From positions 62,001 through 126,000 of the IMG/VR virus record IMGVR_UViG_3300010885_076238: a DNA stretch of 64,000 nt, one strand, 5' to 3'. The notes under the pieces are model-generated. The model searched no databases. It saw only the letters and a program-made list of their open reading frames with translations, and was not told the origin of the DNA. Made by a program: the position numbers and the translations under genes. Shown piece after piece: positions 37,139 through 46,758 of the stretch; position 1 is the stretch's first letter, and every line of letters starts with the position of its first letter.

Positions 37139-37146
37139 TATAAATA
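37139..37146 (+). promoter_or_regulatory. T4-type late promoter TATAAATA
   Basis: Exact T4 gp55 consensus, 16 nt upstream of ATG 37163, with GAGG RBS between. Confidence 0.65.
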
Positions 37147-37162
37147 TAAAAAAGAGGGTTGA

Positions 37163-38764
37163 ATGATTAATTTTTATGAATTCTTAAATATTATAAACGT
37201 CAAAAACGAAGCTTTTGAAAAAGATTTATTCGACCCTCATCCAGATAACTCCGATCCAGAAGGCGGCTCATCTCACGATGTTTACAGACTAAAAAATAAA
37301 AAGGGAGAAGACTTTTGGAGCAAATCTGCTGCGTCTAACCTACAGACGGTTAATGAGTATTTGGCTTGGAAAATTTATAAATTATTTGACATTAGCGTTG
37401 CCTCAAACGCTCATTTAGTTGTTAATAATAATAAAATGAGATTGGTTTCTAGCCAAGTTTCTGGAAAGCAAATTCCTTTGGACTATAGTTCAAGTTTCTC
37501 AAGTGCTTTATCTGGTTCTGATATTCATAAAGGATTTTTTGTTGATGCCTTTTTAGGACATTGGGATGTTGTTGGAAACGCTCCTAGATCGAATTTATTT
37601 ATAGATGATCAAAAACGGGTTGTAAGAATTGATTTGGGCGGTTTAGATTTTAGAGCTACTGGCCCAAGAAAAAGCAAAACAATTCCTGGCTCTTGGGGTG
37701 GAGAAGTTGGAGAATTAAAAACAATGGGCGGATTAGGTGGCCCAATAATGAAAAGTAATGCTTCTGCCGTGTTGGGAAATCTACAAAAAGATCAACTTTT
37801 AGAATCTGCTAAGATTTTTTCAAGAGTAGGTTGGTCACAAATAGAAAACGTACTGAAGCAAGTAGAAGCAGAGGTAGTAGATATTTCCAAAGAACATAAC
37901 TTGCCTGAAGTCGCAGAAGAAACTTCTAAATACATAAAAGAAATAGAAGAAGTTCTATACAGTCGTTTTCAAGACATGCACAAAAAAATAAAAGAACTAG
38001 GATTGGATCAATTTTCAGAATGGCAAAAACTAGCAGGAGTGCAAATCTTTTCAGAAGAAATAGCGACTTACAATCAAATCGAAGATAAGGAGATGCTCTA
38101 CAAGACATATTACGACACATATGCAGATGCAAATGCAAAAGATGGCAAAGGTCTAAAGCCTTGGAGCAAAAGCGATTTTGAATGGCGAGCAGAAAAATGG
38201 ACATATGCAGGAATACTTCCAAAAGAAGGAGTTCCTTTTGAGCAATTAGGATTCATTACAGCAAGAGAAAAAGGCGGGGTCTTTAAATTAACTGGTATGC
38301 AAGGCCCAAACACAAAAGCAAAAATAAAAGGATTGATGGAGCTTGCTGCTTTAGCAAGACCAATTTGGGGAGCGATGGATAAAGACTTTACAGAAAGACT
38401 TAAGAAATTAGGATTTTTAACTCCTCCGAAAAAAATCATGACTTTCCTTCTTCCTGTTATACAAAGTGATCCTCAATTTTCTTCAGGTGGCGAATGGGGA
38501 AATCTGAACGATGATGGTGGAATAAATTTTGAATTAAGCGGCATAGGAAGCACTATCAAATATTTTACAGCTAACAAACAATTTTATAAATTGATCATAG
38601 ACAAAATGGTTTCTAAAGGTAAGATTGATGCAAAAATGATTAAATTATTAGAAAAATGGCCGACCATGCCAGAAGCAATGAAGCAAATGTCTTTATCGTT
38701 TTTGCCAAAAAACTTAGACTTGGACGTTGAATCTTTAGATTGGCTATCGTTTGTTTTAGCTTAA
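37163..38764 (+). CDS. putative internal head protein: HipA/PI3-4K-like kinase domain + possible GNAT-like domain
   Basis: MINFYEFL N-peptide; WSKS, NEYLAWKIY, GHWDVVGN...N, RIDLG; C-domain GFITARE...LKKLGF. Confidence 0.6.
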   Translation: MINFYEFLNIINVKNEAFEKDLFDPHPDNSDPEGGSSHDVYRLKNKKGEDFWSKSAASNLQTVNEYLAWKIYKLFDISVASNAHLVVNNNKMRLVSSQVSGKQIPLDYSSSFSSALSGSDIHKGFFVDAFLGHWDVVGNAPRSNLFIDDQKRVVRIDLGGLDFRATGPRKSKTIPGSWGGEVGELKTMGGLGGPIMKSNASAVLGNLQKDQLLESAKIFSRVGWSQIENVLKQVEAEVVDISKEHNLPEVAEETSKYIKEIEEVLYSRFQDMHKKIKELGLDQFSEWQKLAGVQIFSEEIATYNQIEDKEMLYKTYYDTYADANAKDGKGLKPWSKSDFEWRAEKWTYAGILPKEGVPFEQLGFITAREKGGVFKLTGMQGPNTKAKIKGLMELAALARPIWGAMDKDFTERLKKLGFLTPPKKIMTFLLPVIQSDPQFSSGGEWGNLNDDGGINFELSGIGSTIKYFTANKQFYKLIIDKMVSKGKIDAKMIKLLEKWPTMPEAMKQMSLSFLPKNLDLDVESLDWLSFVLA

Positions 38765-38845
38765 ATATTAATTATTTTTACCAGCTTGATTTGAATCTGC
38801 GTATAGAGTAAGATACCGTCTTCATTAAATTTTCAAGGAGGAAAA

Positions 38846-39505
38846 ATGAGTAAAAGACGTTGGACTCAGAGTGAGATAAATCTCTTAAAAGAAGGAAAAA
38901 TTCCTTCAAATCGCTCTGAAAATTCCATTAGCAATATGCGAAAAAGACTTGGATTGACAAGGAAATCTTATTCAAGATGGCTTAAAGAACACAAAGATCA
39001 ACTTGCAGCTTTGCTGGAAAAAGGAATGCAGCAAAAAGAAATTTATAAAATTTTGCCTTATTCTCCAAGAGCAATTCAAAAGCAAGTAATGAGAATGAAA
39101 CTGCAAAAAACTCATCAATACAAGTTCACCAGAAAAGAACTTGAAAAATTTATAGATTTCTTAAAAAATAATTGGCAACAAAAAACTCCAAAAGAACTAA
39201 CTGAAATTTGGAACAAAGATAACAAAAAGATCCACAAAAAAAAGGTAGAATACCATCTTGCCAAATTAGGAATTAAAATTCCAAAGCGTGAAAGTTTACG
39301 AATGGGATTTTTAAGAAAGAAAGAAGAAGAAATTTACAAAAATTATAAAACTACAAAAAAATCTGAAGAAAAAATTAAGTCTTTGAGAATAGAATTAATG
39401 AAAAAAAGAATTGAAGAAAACAAAGATTTGTGGACAGGATTGCCGGGACATAATACATTTAGTTGGGAAGACGAATCGGAAATGGAGGAAATTATCAATG
39501 GCTAA
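38846..39505 (+). CDS. basic DNA-binding protein with Myb/HTH-like repeats
   Basis: RWTQSEINLL, RWLKEHKDQL, KFTRKELEKF repeats; TTGATT-N17-TAAGAT at 38786-38814. Confidence 0.5.
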   Translation: MSKRRWTQSEINLLKEGKIPSNRSENSISNMRKRLGLTRKSYSRWLKEHKDQLAALLEKGMQQKEIYKILPYSPRAIQKQVMRMKLQKTHQYKFTRKELEKFIDFLKNNWQQKTPKELTEIWNKDNKKIHKKKVEYHLAKLGIKIPKRESLRMGFLRKKEEEIYKNYKTTKKSEEKIKSLRIELMKKRIEENKDLWTGLPGHNTFSWEDESEMEEIING

Positions 39506-39848
39506 GAAAAAGAAATCCGCTAAACCAAAGAAGAAAGTAACTAGCCCGCAAGAATTATTTAACGATTGGTGGGCAAAAGTTGCATCAAAAAAAGCGGAAA
39601 AAATAGAGTCTGCTTATTTAAAAGAAAATCCAGACTATGACCCCGAAGATGATGATATGAGTGATAGCGGGTGCGTCCACAGAATGATGCACGAAGGCGA
39701 AGCTGAAAATATATCATACGACGAATCTCAAACAGCTTTTATTCAAGGATTCAATAACGAAAAGTTTGATGCTGGATACCTTTATTGCGAATTAGACGAT
39801 ATTGTTGCCGAAGCGTACGAAGCTGGAAAAGCACATGCACAAAATTAG
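39498..39848 (+). CDS. hypothetical protein
   Basis: GGAGG RBS; MAKKKK start. Confidence 0.7.
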   Translation: MAKKKKSAKPKKKVTSPQELFNDWWAKVASKKAEKIESAYLKENPDYDPEDDDMSDSGCVHRMMHEGEAENISYDESQTAFIQGFNNEKFDAGYLYCELDDIVAEAYEAGKAHAQN

Positions 39849-40149
39849 TTTGAAATTAAAAGAGAGCAAAACAGAGCCTCTAATTTACAATTTAAAAAAT
39901 TTGAATTTTATTTTTGGTCTTGTTGTGCAAGAACAAACTAATATTAATATTACTTTTTATTCTCAATACCAAATTGAAAGATTGTTAAACATAACAGACC
40001 TAAAAAAATACAGTCTGCAAACTTTTGTAGAAAATTTTCCATCAGAAAATGAAAGCCATTATAAAATAGGATTTATTTTTTCTTTTGGCTTAGATGAAGT
40101 TGAATTAATTAATAATAAGCTTGAGTGCTGGTTTAAGCCGAAACAATAG
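39802..40149 (+). CDS. hypothetical protein
   Basis: Operon ORF; true start probably about 39835. Confidence 0.55.
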   Translation: MLPKRTKLEKHMHKISLKLKESKTEPLIYNLKNLNFIFGLVVQEQTNINITFYSQYQIERLLNITDLKKYSLQTFVENFPSENESHYKIGFIFSFGLDEVELINNKLECWFKPKQ

Positions 40150-40194
40150 CTAATATTATTTTGCCGCAATCGTTATCTGTGTAAGGAGAACAAC

Positions 40195-40470
40195 ATGGAT
40201 AACATTGCTAATCTTTTGCGACAGGTTGAAAGCGAGTACGAGGCTCAGTCTAGGCAAAATTCAAAGATGATCGAGAGAAATCTTGAATATCTCAAGATCA
40301 TGGCTACAGTCAAGAACGATTTGGAAAAGACCCTAAAGAAGCCGGAAACTCTCAAAGAGACTGTATACAATTGCATAAATCTTTTACGAGCCAACACTCC
40401 GTATTATTCGGCAACAGAGGCGGTCAATAAGATAGACCCTCCTTTGAGTGATGAGCAGAAAACTTTGTGA
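40195..40470 (+). CDS. coiled-coil hypothetical protein
   Basis: AAGGAG; promoter AATATT-N13-CGTTAT at 40152-40176. Confidence 0.7.
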   Translation: MDNIANLLRQVESEYEAQSRQNSKMIERNLEYLKIMATVKNDLEKTLKKPETLKETVYNCINLLRANTPYYSATEAVNKIDPPLSDEQKTL

Positions 40471-40690
40471 ACCCGCAATTTTATCAAAAACCAATAAGGA
40501 GCTAAACATGAGTGCTAACGATTTGCTTGATATTTTGAAAAGTCTTGAACATAATGATGTTGTTGAGTCTGGCGAAGATTACGAAGGAAACTCAGTCTTT
40601 TCTGTTAGGATCGGCAACAGAGTTTCAACTCTAATCATTGGCAACCAAGATGCAGCAGACTATCCAGAATTTTATGAGGAAGCATACTGA
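40448..40690 (+). CDS. hypothetical protein
   Basis: Likely start at MSANDLL with AAGGAG. Confidence 0.65.
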   Translation: MMSRKLCEPAILSKTNKELNMSANDLLDILKSLEHNDVVESGEDYEGNSVFSVRIGNRVSTLIIGNQDAADYPEFYEEAY

Positions 40691-40953
40691 ACACCATTCA
40701 AGAATTCGTTGATTTTATTGATCAACTTGAAAATTCTAATGTTCGACTTGAGTCTGCTGACTTTCAAAGTGAATTGTTTCACACAATAAATTTAAAAGTT
40801 TTGACCAAAGATATTAAAGATTTTGAATCTTTTCAAACATGGTGGAAAAGTAAAAACTTAACAGATCATCTTCACAAAAAATTAGTTAACACATTATTAA
40901 AAATAAACCCACCAGATAATGTAAAGAACGAACTTTTAGCTATGATGATCTAA
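40687..40953 (+). CDS. 88-aa ORF with apparent CTG start (not in track)
   Basis: Open frame LNTIQEF...PPDNVKNELLAMMI*; GAGGA upstream; CTGA overlap with upstream stop. Confidence 0.55.
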   Translation: MNTIQEFVDFIDQLENSNVRLESADFQSELFHTINLKVLTKDIKDFESFQTWWKSKNLTDHLHKKLVNTLLKINPPDNVKNELLAMMI

Positions 40954-41009
40954 AATAATAATTAACTCAGTTCGCACATCTGTGCGGACATAAACAAGGG
41001 GAGAGCGAT

Positions 41010-41390
41010 ATGGGTGCTTGGGGATATGAACCATTTGAAAATGATGGGGCCGTGGATTGGCTTTGTAACTTAGAGAAGTTTCTCATACAATCCATAAATG
41101 GAGAGAATGCTCCAATAAAAGAATCGGGCATAGACGAAAAGATTGCAGCCATAGAAGTTGTTACTATGCTTGAATTAAAACCAAATTTCAATGAATTTGG
41201 AACTTGTCCTCTAGGATATAAATTTCCTAACAATAGGGTACTAGATGCTTGCTTAAAATCAATTGCTAAAATGAGAAAGCAAATCAAGAAAAAAGAATAT
41301 TGGTCTGACGAGGCTCCAACAAAATTGTTGGATAAACTTCAAGATAAAGTAGAAACTATTAAAAATAAATTGTTGATGGAACACATATGA
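41010..41390 (+). CDS. DUF4259-like protein
   Basis: MGAWGYEPFENDGAVDWL N-terminus. Confidence 0.7.
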   Translation: MGAWGYEPFENDGAVDWLCNLEKFLIQSINGENAPIKESGIDEKIAAIEVVTMLELKPNFNEFGTCPLGYKFPNNRVLDACLKSIAKMRKQIKKKEYWSDEAPTKLLDKLQDKVETIKNKLLMEHI

Positions 41391-41421
41391 AATAAAAATT
41401 AATGAGCGTCGTTATCAAACT

Positions 41422-42345
41422 ATGGAACCAAAAGAAGCACATAAGGCCGCAAGGTCTGGCGAAATGCGTTGGACAGACGCAATAGAAATTTTCAAGAAAG
41501 ATCCCCAAACTGCTTTCGATTATGCGTCAGAAAATCGATCTAGATTTCTAGAAGCAGAAGAATACATCAAAACCAATGCTGAATTAGCTTGTGCATATGC
41601 ACAACGATTTATCAATGGAAGGTTTCCAGAAGCAGAAGAATACATTAAAAAAGATGCTCAACAGGCTTATAATTATGCCAGATATGTGATTAAAGGTAGA
41701 TTCCCAGAAGCAGAAGAACATATCAAAATCAACCCTGCGGTCGCTTGCAATTATGCAGATAGTGTGCTTGACGAAAGATTCTTAGAAGCAGAAGAATTTA
41801 TCAAACAAGACCCAAGAATTGCATTTGAGTACGCAAGAAGAGTAATTAGGGGAAGATGGATTGAAGCAGAAGATCATATTAAAATAGATGCTCAATCTGC
41901 TTACTTATATGCAAGAGATATTCTAGATCGAAGATGGGAAGAAGCAGAAGAATATATTAAAAAGCAGCCTGACTATGCCTGTGCATATGCAAGAAATGTA
42001 ATCAGAGGCAGATGGGAAGAAGCAGAGCCTTTTATCAAGAACGAAGTATTTGAAGCATTTGGTTATGCAAAAGATATTATCAGAGGTAGATTCTTAGAAG
42101 CAGAGAGCTTGATTAAAAAGAATTTGAGCATTGCTTTTGATTATGTTGAAGAAGTAGTAAAAGGAAGATGGATTGAAGCAGAAGATACCATTCTTAATGG
42201 CAAAAAGAAATCTCTAGAATATTGTTTGCGATATAACGCAAAATTGCCAGAAGCAATTCATAACAAAGTGTTAACAGAAGTTGCTTTTGATAGTAAAGTG
42301 CCAAACCTTGATCTTAAAAAGAAATATGTGAACAGGATCAAGTGA
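41422..42345 (+). CDS. 26-aa helical-repeat protein, LP-HN-M family
   Basis: About 9 regular units AxxYAxxVIxGR[W/F]xEAExxIK; AKLPEAIHNKV; leaderless promoter at 41391-41415. Confidence 0.88.
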   Translation: MEPKEAHKAARSGEMRWTDAIEIFKKDPQTAFDYASENRSRFLEAEEYIKTNAELACAYAQRFINGRFPEAEEYIKKDAQQAYNYARYVIKGRFPEAEEHIKINPAVACNYADSVLDERFLEAEEFIKQDPRIAFEYARRVIRGRWIEAEDHIKIDAQSAYLYARDILDRRWEEAEEYIKKQPDYACAYARNVIRGRWEEAEPFIKNEVFEAFGYAKDIIRGRFLEAESLIKKNLSIAFDYVEEVVKGRWIEAEDTILNGKKKSLEYCLRYNAKLPEAIHNKVLTEVAFDSKVPNLDLKKKYVNRIK

Positions 42346-42830
42346 TGCACAAAAACTCTTCTAAATTAAATAAAAATTTAATCAAAGACGCTCAACAATT
42401 TGATGTTGTTAGGAAAGAATTCGAAAAAAAAGAAAAAAAATTCAAAAAAGATTTTAGTAGGATAAAAGACAGGGTTGACTTTATTTTAAATAAACTAGCA
42501 AATGTTTACAAAATGTGCATCGGCAGTTGGGGCTTTAGTAATTGTTGCTACGATGACCTCAATTCAAAATACGACTCTAGCGGTTATTTTGTGAGTGCCA
42601 TGTTGCTAGAAAAGGACTTTATAGTTTGTGTTAATTTTAATATAGATCGCAAAAGTCATATTGGTGAGTTTGATTCTAAAATAATTATAAATGATGGCGA
42701 ATACGAGCCATTCAAACTTTATCAAGACGAGGTGAGTTCGCATGTGCAATTTCCTACAAGATGGATTTTTGAAGACTTTGAAAAAGAACTTGAGAAAAGC
42801 AAAATTTTATACGAAATAGGCAAAAAATAA
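42342..42830 (+). CDS. hypothetical protein
   Basis: GTGA-coupled ORF. Confidence 0.6.
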   Translation: MMHKNSSKLNKNLIKDAQQFDVVRKEFEKKEKKFKKDFSRIKDRVDFILNKLANVYKMCIGSWGFSNCCYDDLNSKYDSSGYFVSAMLLEKDFIVCVNFNIDRKSHIGEFDSKIIINDGEYEPFKLYQDEVSSHVQFPTRWIFEDFEKELEKSKILYEIGKK

Positions 42831-42869
42831 TAATTTTGTTTGCGAGTTATACCAATAAGGAGACATGAA

Positions 42870-43415
42870 ATGAGCGAAAACGGAAGCCAAAAATACTTTG
42901 ATTTTCTTCACAAGTTAGAAAACGACGCTTCTTTTTGTTATAGTTATCTCGGAAATTGCCAAAGGGGTAGCGAAACATGGAACCAATGCTTGCAGACTAT
43001 TGCTAAAGACGCAAGCATTTCCTATACTTGGGCTGCCGCACTAAAATCAAGATTTGAACTTGGTGAACTTGCTATTTCAAAAGTGCCTCAATACTCTATT
43101 CCATATGCAAAAGATATTATAAAGGGCAGGTTCGTATTGGCAGAGCCAAAAATTTTAGAATCTTCTGCCGACTCTTTTAGGTACGCATCGACCGTAATAC
43201 ATGGAAGATGGTTAGAAGCAGAGCCAATAATTGCAAAAGATCCAAATCATTCTTTTCTTTATGCAAGAGATATAATCAAAGGAAGATTTGAACTTGGAGA
43301 AGAAACCATTGCTCACGATGAAGATGCTGCTTTTAGATACGCAACCGATATAATCAAGGGCAAGTTGCCAGAAAAAATGCACAATATTATGATTGCAAAA
43401 GGAGTGGCGGCATGA
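42870..43415 (+). CDS. 26-aa helical-repeat protein, LP-HN-M family
   Basis: Units plus KGKLPEKMHNIMIA; ATG 42870 with AAGGAG; variant promoter at 42826-42850. Confidence 0.85.
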   Translation: MSENGSQKYFDFLHKLENDASFCYSYLGNCQRGSETWNQCLQTIAKDASISYTWAAALKSRFELGELAISKVPQYSIPYAKDIIKGRFVLAEPKILESSADSFRYASTVIHGRWLEAEPIIAKDPNHSFLYARDIIKGRFELGEETIAHDEDAAFRYATDIIKGKLPEKMHNIMIAKGVAA

Positions 43416-43825
43416 GCGAAGATTATGAAGAAGATTACCTAATCGAAGACATAGAAGTATTTGCAGAATTCTTAAGAAGTCAATACGTAAAAGTTTATAC
43501 AGCTTATCCACCAGAAACCTCAAAAAATCCCACTGAACAAGAAAAATTCAATTATGATGTGCGAGAGCAAATCAAAGACGTAATGCAGCAATACGAATTA
43601 GACCAACTAATCACCATTTCTCAAATCGCAGAAATAATTACTAATGATCCTAATGTAGAAAAAATAGATCAAGGATTTTTGGTCAATATGGATTCTGTAG
43701 TTGAAATCACACAAAAAATTGAAGGAGCCATATTTCAATCTGCTTTTTCTAAATTATCAGCACAAGACAAAATAAATTGTGGTTGGAATCCAGAAACAAA
43801 TAAGATGGAATTTTGGCCCAAATGA
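43412..43825 (+). CDS. hypothetical protein
   Basis: ATGA-coupled. Confidence 0.7.
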   Translation: MSEDYEEDYLIEDIEVFAEFLRSQYVKVYTAYPPETSKNPTEQEKFNYDVREQIKDVMQQYELDQLITISQIAEIITNDPNVEKIDQGFLVNMDSVVEITQKIEGAIFQSAFSKLSAQDKINCGWNPETNKMEFWPK

Positions 43826-43896
43826 AGCACAAAATAATAACTGAGCAGGTTCGTTATACCATATATGACTGCCACGGCTCATAACAAGGAATAAAA

Positions 43897-44325
43897 ATGT
43901 ATTTCAAGTGTGTTTTTGAAGACGGAACAGAAACTTATAAAGATCTTAACAATGATGATCTTAGAAAAGTAATAGATGAAGATGTTATGGTTGATCTTAT
44001 CTGTGAAGAAACCGGAGAGAATGTAGAAGAATGGGACTTCACTGAAAGACCAATTACGTATTCGGACATTGTTGAAATTGACGTTAGTTCTGCCGTTATT
44101 AAAGAAAACCCAGGATTGATTATTAACGACAAAAAAGTATTAAAAATTGATCTTTTAGAAGGTTCAACATACGAACACGCTTTGGCTACACTTAGTTTGA
44201 CAAATCCTAAAGCCTTAGTGTATTCAACAAACGTCCTTTATGTTTCTCAAGTCGATGATGATGATTATGAAAACTATGAAGAAGATGATGGTGGCTATAA
44301 TGACGAACCACCAGACTACGATTAA
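43897..44325 (+). CDS. acidic hypothetical protein
   Basis: D/E-rich; promoter at 43833-43857. Confidence 0.7.
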   Translation: MYFKCVFEDGTETYKDLNNDDLRKVIDEDVMVDLICEETGENVEEWDFTERPITYSDIVEIDVSSAVIKENPGLIINDKKVLKIDLLEGSTYEHALATLSLTNPKALVYSTNVLYVSQVDDDDYENYEEDDGGYNDEPPDYD

Positions 44326-44336
44326 TAGGAAATAAA

Positions 44337-44699
44337 ATGCCTACAAAAAAGAAAAATGCAAAAGAACAGAGACTTGCCAACATTGAATACGATATTGGTT
44401 GGTATCGAATTCGCAAGCCTATCGCAAACGCAATTCGTAAATGCGGAGAATTAGGCTTTTCAATGGCAGGACACGGATGCGGATTTGGTGGCGAAGATTT
44501 TAGCCTAATCAATAAAAGCAAGGATATGTATGTGAACTTTTGTGACACAGGAAATAGTTGTGAGGTTACTATAAGCACCGTCAAAACCACCGACAAAGAA
44601 GGCTACCCTATCCTGTTGTTTACAGGAACTACTAAGAAGGCAATGGATTTTATTGAGAATACCTTGACAGCATCCTTAGACTATGGTAATTTTGGCTAA
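44337..44699 (+). CDS. hypothetical protein
   Basis: AGGA RBS. Confidence 0.7.
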   Translation: MPTKKKNAKEQRLANIEYDIGWYRIRKPIANAIRKCGELGFSMAGHGCGFGGEDFSLINKSKDMYVNFCDTGNSCEVTISTVKTTDKEGYPILLFTGTTKKAMDFIENTLTASLDYGNFG

Positions 44700-44725
44700 T
44701 CCCAATTCTTTTCAGAGAATAACCA

Positions 44726-44917
44726 ATGAGCATCGTAATTAAAGATTCTTATAAGGCCGATGTTTTTAATTTTACTGCCGAGCAAAATGGCGGCATAATT
44801 GACCTTACCATCAATAATGTTATCTCTTGGGAGTGGGTTAATATGAAACTAACAAGAGAAGAAATTAAGGGTCTGGCTCAATTTCTCAACAACTTTTCAG
44901 ATATTAAGGCTAATTAA
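44726..44917 (+). CDS. hypothetical protein
   Basis: Short operon ORF. Confidence 0.55.
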   Translation: MSIVIKDSYKADVFNFTAEQNGGIIDLTINNVISWEWVNMKLTREEIKGLAQFLNNFSDIKAN

Positions 44918-45096
44918 TGAACGATTGGAAATTTGTTCTAATTGTTGTTGATTCAAATGAAAAAACAAAATATTTTGGCCCATTTGATGATGGTGAAAAG
45001 GCATTAGAGTGGGGTCAAAAACACTTTAGTGGTATTGATTATTTTCTAACGTCAACTACATTGTATAATCCGGCAAGGTTGGATTTCAATGAATAA
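44917..45096 (+). CDS. hypothetical protein (59 aa, not in track)
   Basis: TAATG overlap; MNDWKFVLIVV...GPFDDGEKALEWG. Confidence 0.6.
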   Translation: MNDWKFVLIVVDSNEKTKYFGPFDDGEKALEWGQKHFSGIDYFLTSTTLYNPARLDFNE

Positions 45097-45304
45097 AGAC
45101 CACAATACAGTGATCTCTTTGGTGGGAGGGCCGCTATGTGGGACAAGTCTCACAATGAAAGAAGGCCGATTACCCAACAGCGTTCCCGTATTTAATAATG
45201 GGAAATTTTATGTCTACAATCTTTTTCTAGAACAAGGCAAAGATTGGACTACGCTGCACTATGAATATTCCAATGAAATTATAGAAACCTTCTTGAAAAA
45301 CTAA
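45089..45304 (+). CDS. hypothetical protein
   Basis: LVGGPLCG motif. Confidence 0.6.
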   Translation: MNKDHNTVISLVGGPLCGTSLTMKEGRLPNSVPVFNNGKFYVYNLFLEQGKDWTTLHYEYSNEIIETFLKN

Positions 45305-45312
45305 GGTTTTGA

Positions 45313-45390
45313 ATGAGATTATATAGAGTTGTTTGTAAAATTTGTGGGGGCAACTGGAAAAGATGCCCTAAGTGTCAATTTGGAACTTAA
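45313..45390 (+). CDS. 25-aa four-cysteine micro-protein
   Basis: MRLYRVVCKICGGNWKRCPKCQFGT*; AAGG upstream. Confidence 0.5.
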   Translation: MRLYRVVCKICGGNWKRCPKCQFGT

Positions 45391-45415
45391 AATAATAATT
45401 TTGTAATGCCGTTAT
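45391..45415 (+). promoter_or_regulatory. phage promoter motif AATAAT-N13-CGTTAT (GCCGTTAT)
   Basis: Exact consensus, AGGAG 6 nt downstream. Confidence 0.75.
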
Positions 45416-45432
45416 TGGTTTAGGAGACAACA

Positions 45433-46521
45433 ATGCCTAATACAATTACGCCAATCGAAGCAGCAAGCCTTTACTTCAAAGAAGGCTCAAGTGATAAAGT
45501 TTACAATGCTACCTTGGAAAAAGAGGATGACAACAAATATGTTGTTAATTTCTCTTACGGCAGACGAGGAAGTGCATTGAAGTCTGGATCCAAAACCTCA
45601 AGCCCCGTTTCTCTTAAGGAAGCCAAGACCATCTTTGACAAAATTGTCAGAGAGAAAACTTCTAAGGGCTATAAATACGTCACCGACGCTGTTGCTAAAG
45701 AAATTCATGTTGCCGACAACCCACCGGACACGCCTACTGAGTCCAAGTGCGTTTTGCTCAATCCAATCAGCGAAGAAGAACTTGAAAAGTATTTGAACGA
45801 TCCAGATTGGATTGCCCAACAGAAAATTGATGGAGTTAGATTTATGCTCCATAAGGTAAAAGATAAAATTACTGCGTATAACCGTCGCGGACTTTACGCA
45901 AACATTCCAACCGATCTTTATAATTTCGCAAAAAACACTCAAGAAGATTTTCTAGTTGATGGAGAATTGATTGGAGATGTTTTTCACACCTTCGATATTC
46001 TTGAATATAACGGCAAAGACCTTACTCAAAACTCAGTTGTCGAAAGGCTTGAGGTTTTGTTGAATTGGGTTAATAATAATCCGTGCGAACTTGTAAAGTA
46101 TACAGAAACTCAAAGTTCAAGCAAAATTGAATTTTATGATCGTCTTGTTCGTGAAAACCAAGAAGGAATTGTTTTCAAACATAAAGACGCAAAGTATTAT
46201 GCTGGTAGGCCCGCCAGCGGTGGAAAGTATGTAAAATATAAGTTTTACAGCACTTGTAGTTGTGTCGTGACTGATGTGAATAATAAAAGAAGCGTAAGTA
46301 TAGGCTTGCTCAATGGCAAAAAATTAGTTGATGCTGGGAATGTTACTATTCCTATCAATTTTGAAATTCCTAATAAGGATGACATTGTGGAAGTCAGATA
46401 CCTTTATGCAAGAAAGCAGTCTGGCTCTCTTTATCAGCCTGTGTATCTTGGCAAAAGAACCGATATTGTTAGAGAAGATTGCAAGCAAAGTCAACTGAAG
46501 TATAAATTTGATGATGAATAA
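45433..46521 (+). CDS. WGR-domain + ATP-dependent DNA ligase
   Basis: WGR: SSDKVY...YGRRG...EKTSKGY; ligase: QKIDG, DGEL, FDIL, EGIVFK, KYKF; OB fold VEVRY, LYQPVY. Confidence 0.85.
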   Translation: MPNTITPIEAASLYFKEGSSDKVYNATLEKEDDNKYVVNFSYGRRGSALKSGSKTSSPVSLKEAKTIFDKIVREKTSKGYKYVTDAVAKEIHVADNPPDTPTESKCVLLNPISEEELEKYLNDPDWIAQQKIDGVRFMLHKVKDKITAYNRRGLYANIPTDLYNFAKNTQEDFLVDGELIGDVFHTFDILEYNGKDLTQNSVVERLEVLLNWVNNNPCELVKYTETQSSSKIEFYDRLVRENQEGIVFKHKDAKYYAGRPASGGKYVKYKFYSTCSCVVTDVNNKRSVSIGLLNGKKLVDAGNVTIPINFEIPNKDDIVEVRYLYARKQSGSLYQPVYLGKRTDIVREDCKQSQLKYKFDDE

Positions 46522-46524
46522 ACT

Positions 46525-46758
46525 ATGAGATCAAGTCGAATGAGGGGCTACGGTAGCTGGTGCATAGGCTGGAACGAAGCGAACAGAAAGCCATCCCCGC
46601 CCAATGATAATGGGGGTTGTGTGATTGTCGCATTAGGCTTGTTTTTTATATTATTAGTTCTATGCCTTTTTAAGGCATCTCTCGACACCGGAAGTCCCCT
46701 AGGATTTTTATTTGGAATCTGTGTTATAGCAGGTTTTATAAAGGGATTGAACAAATGA
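46525..46758 (+). CDS. small membrane protein
   Basis: Two TM segments. Confidence 0.6.
   Translation: MRSSRMRGYGSWCIGWNEANRKPSPPNDNGGCVIVALGLFFILLVLCLFKASLDTGSPLGFLFGICVIAGFIKGLNK

Noticed and set aside
40954-40978. Additional promoter copy AATAAT-N13-CGCACA
   Set aside because: The downstream box matches only CG; too degenerate to count with the others.
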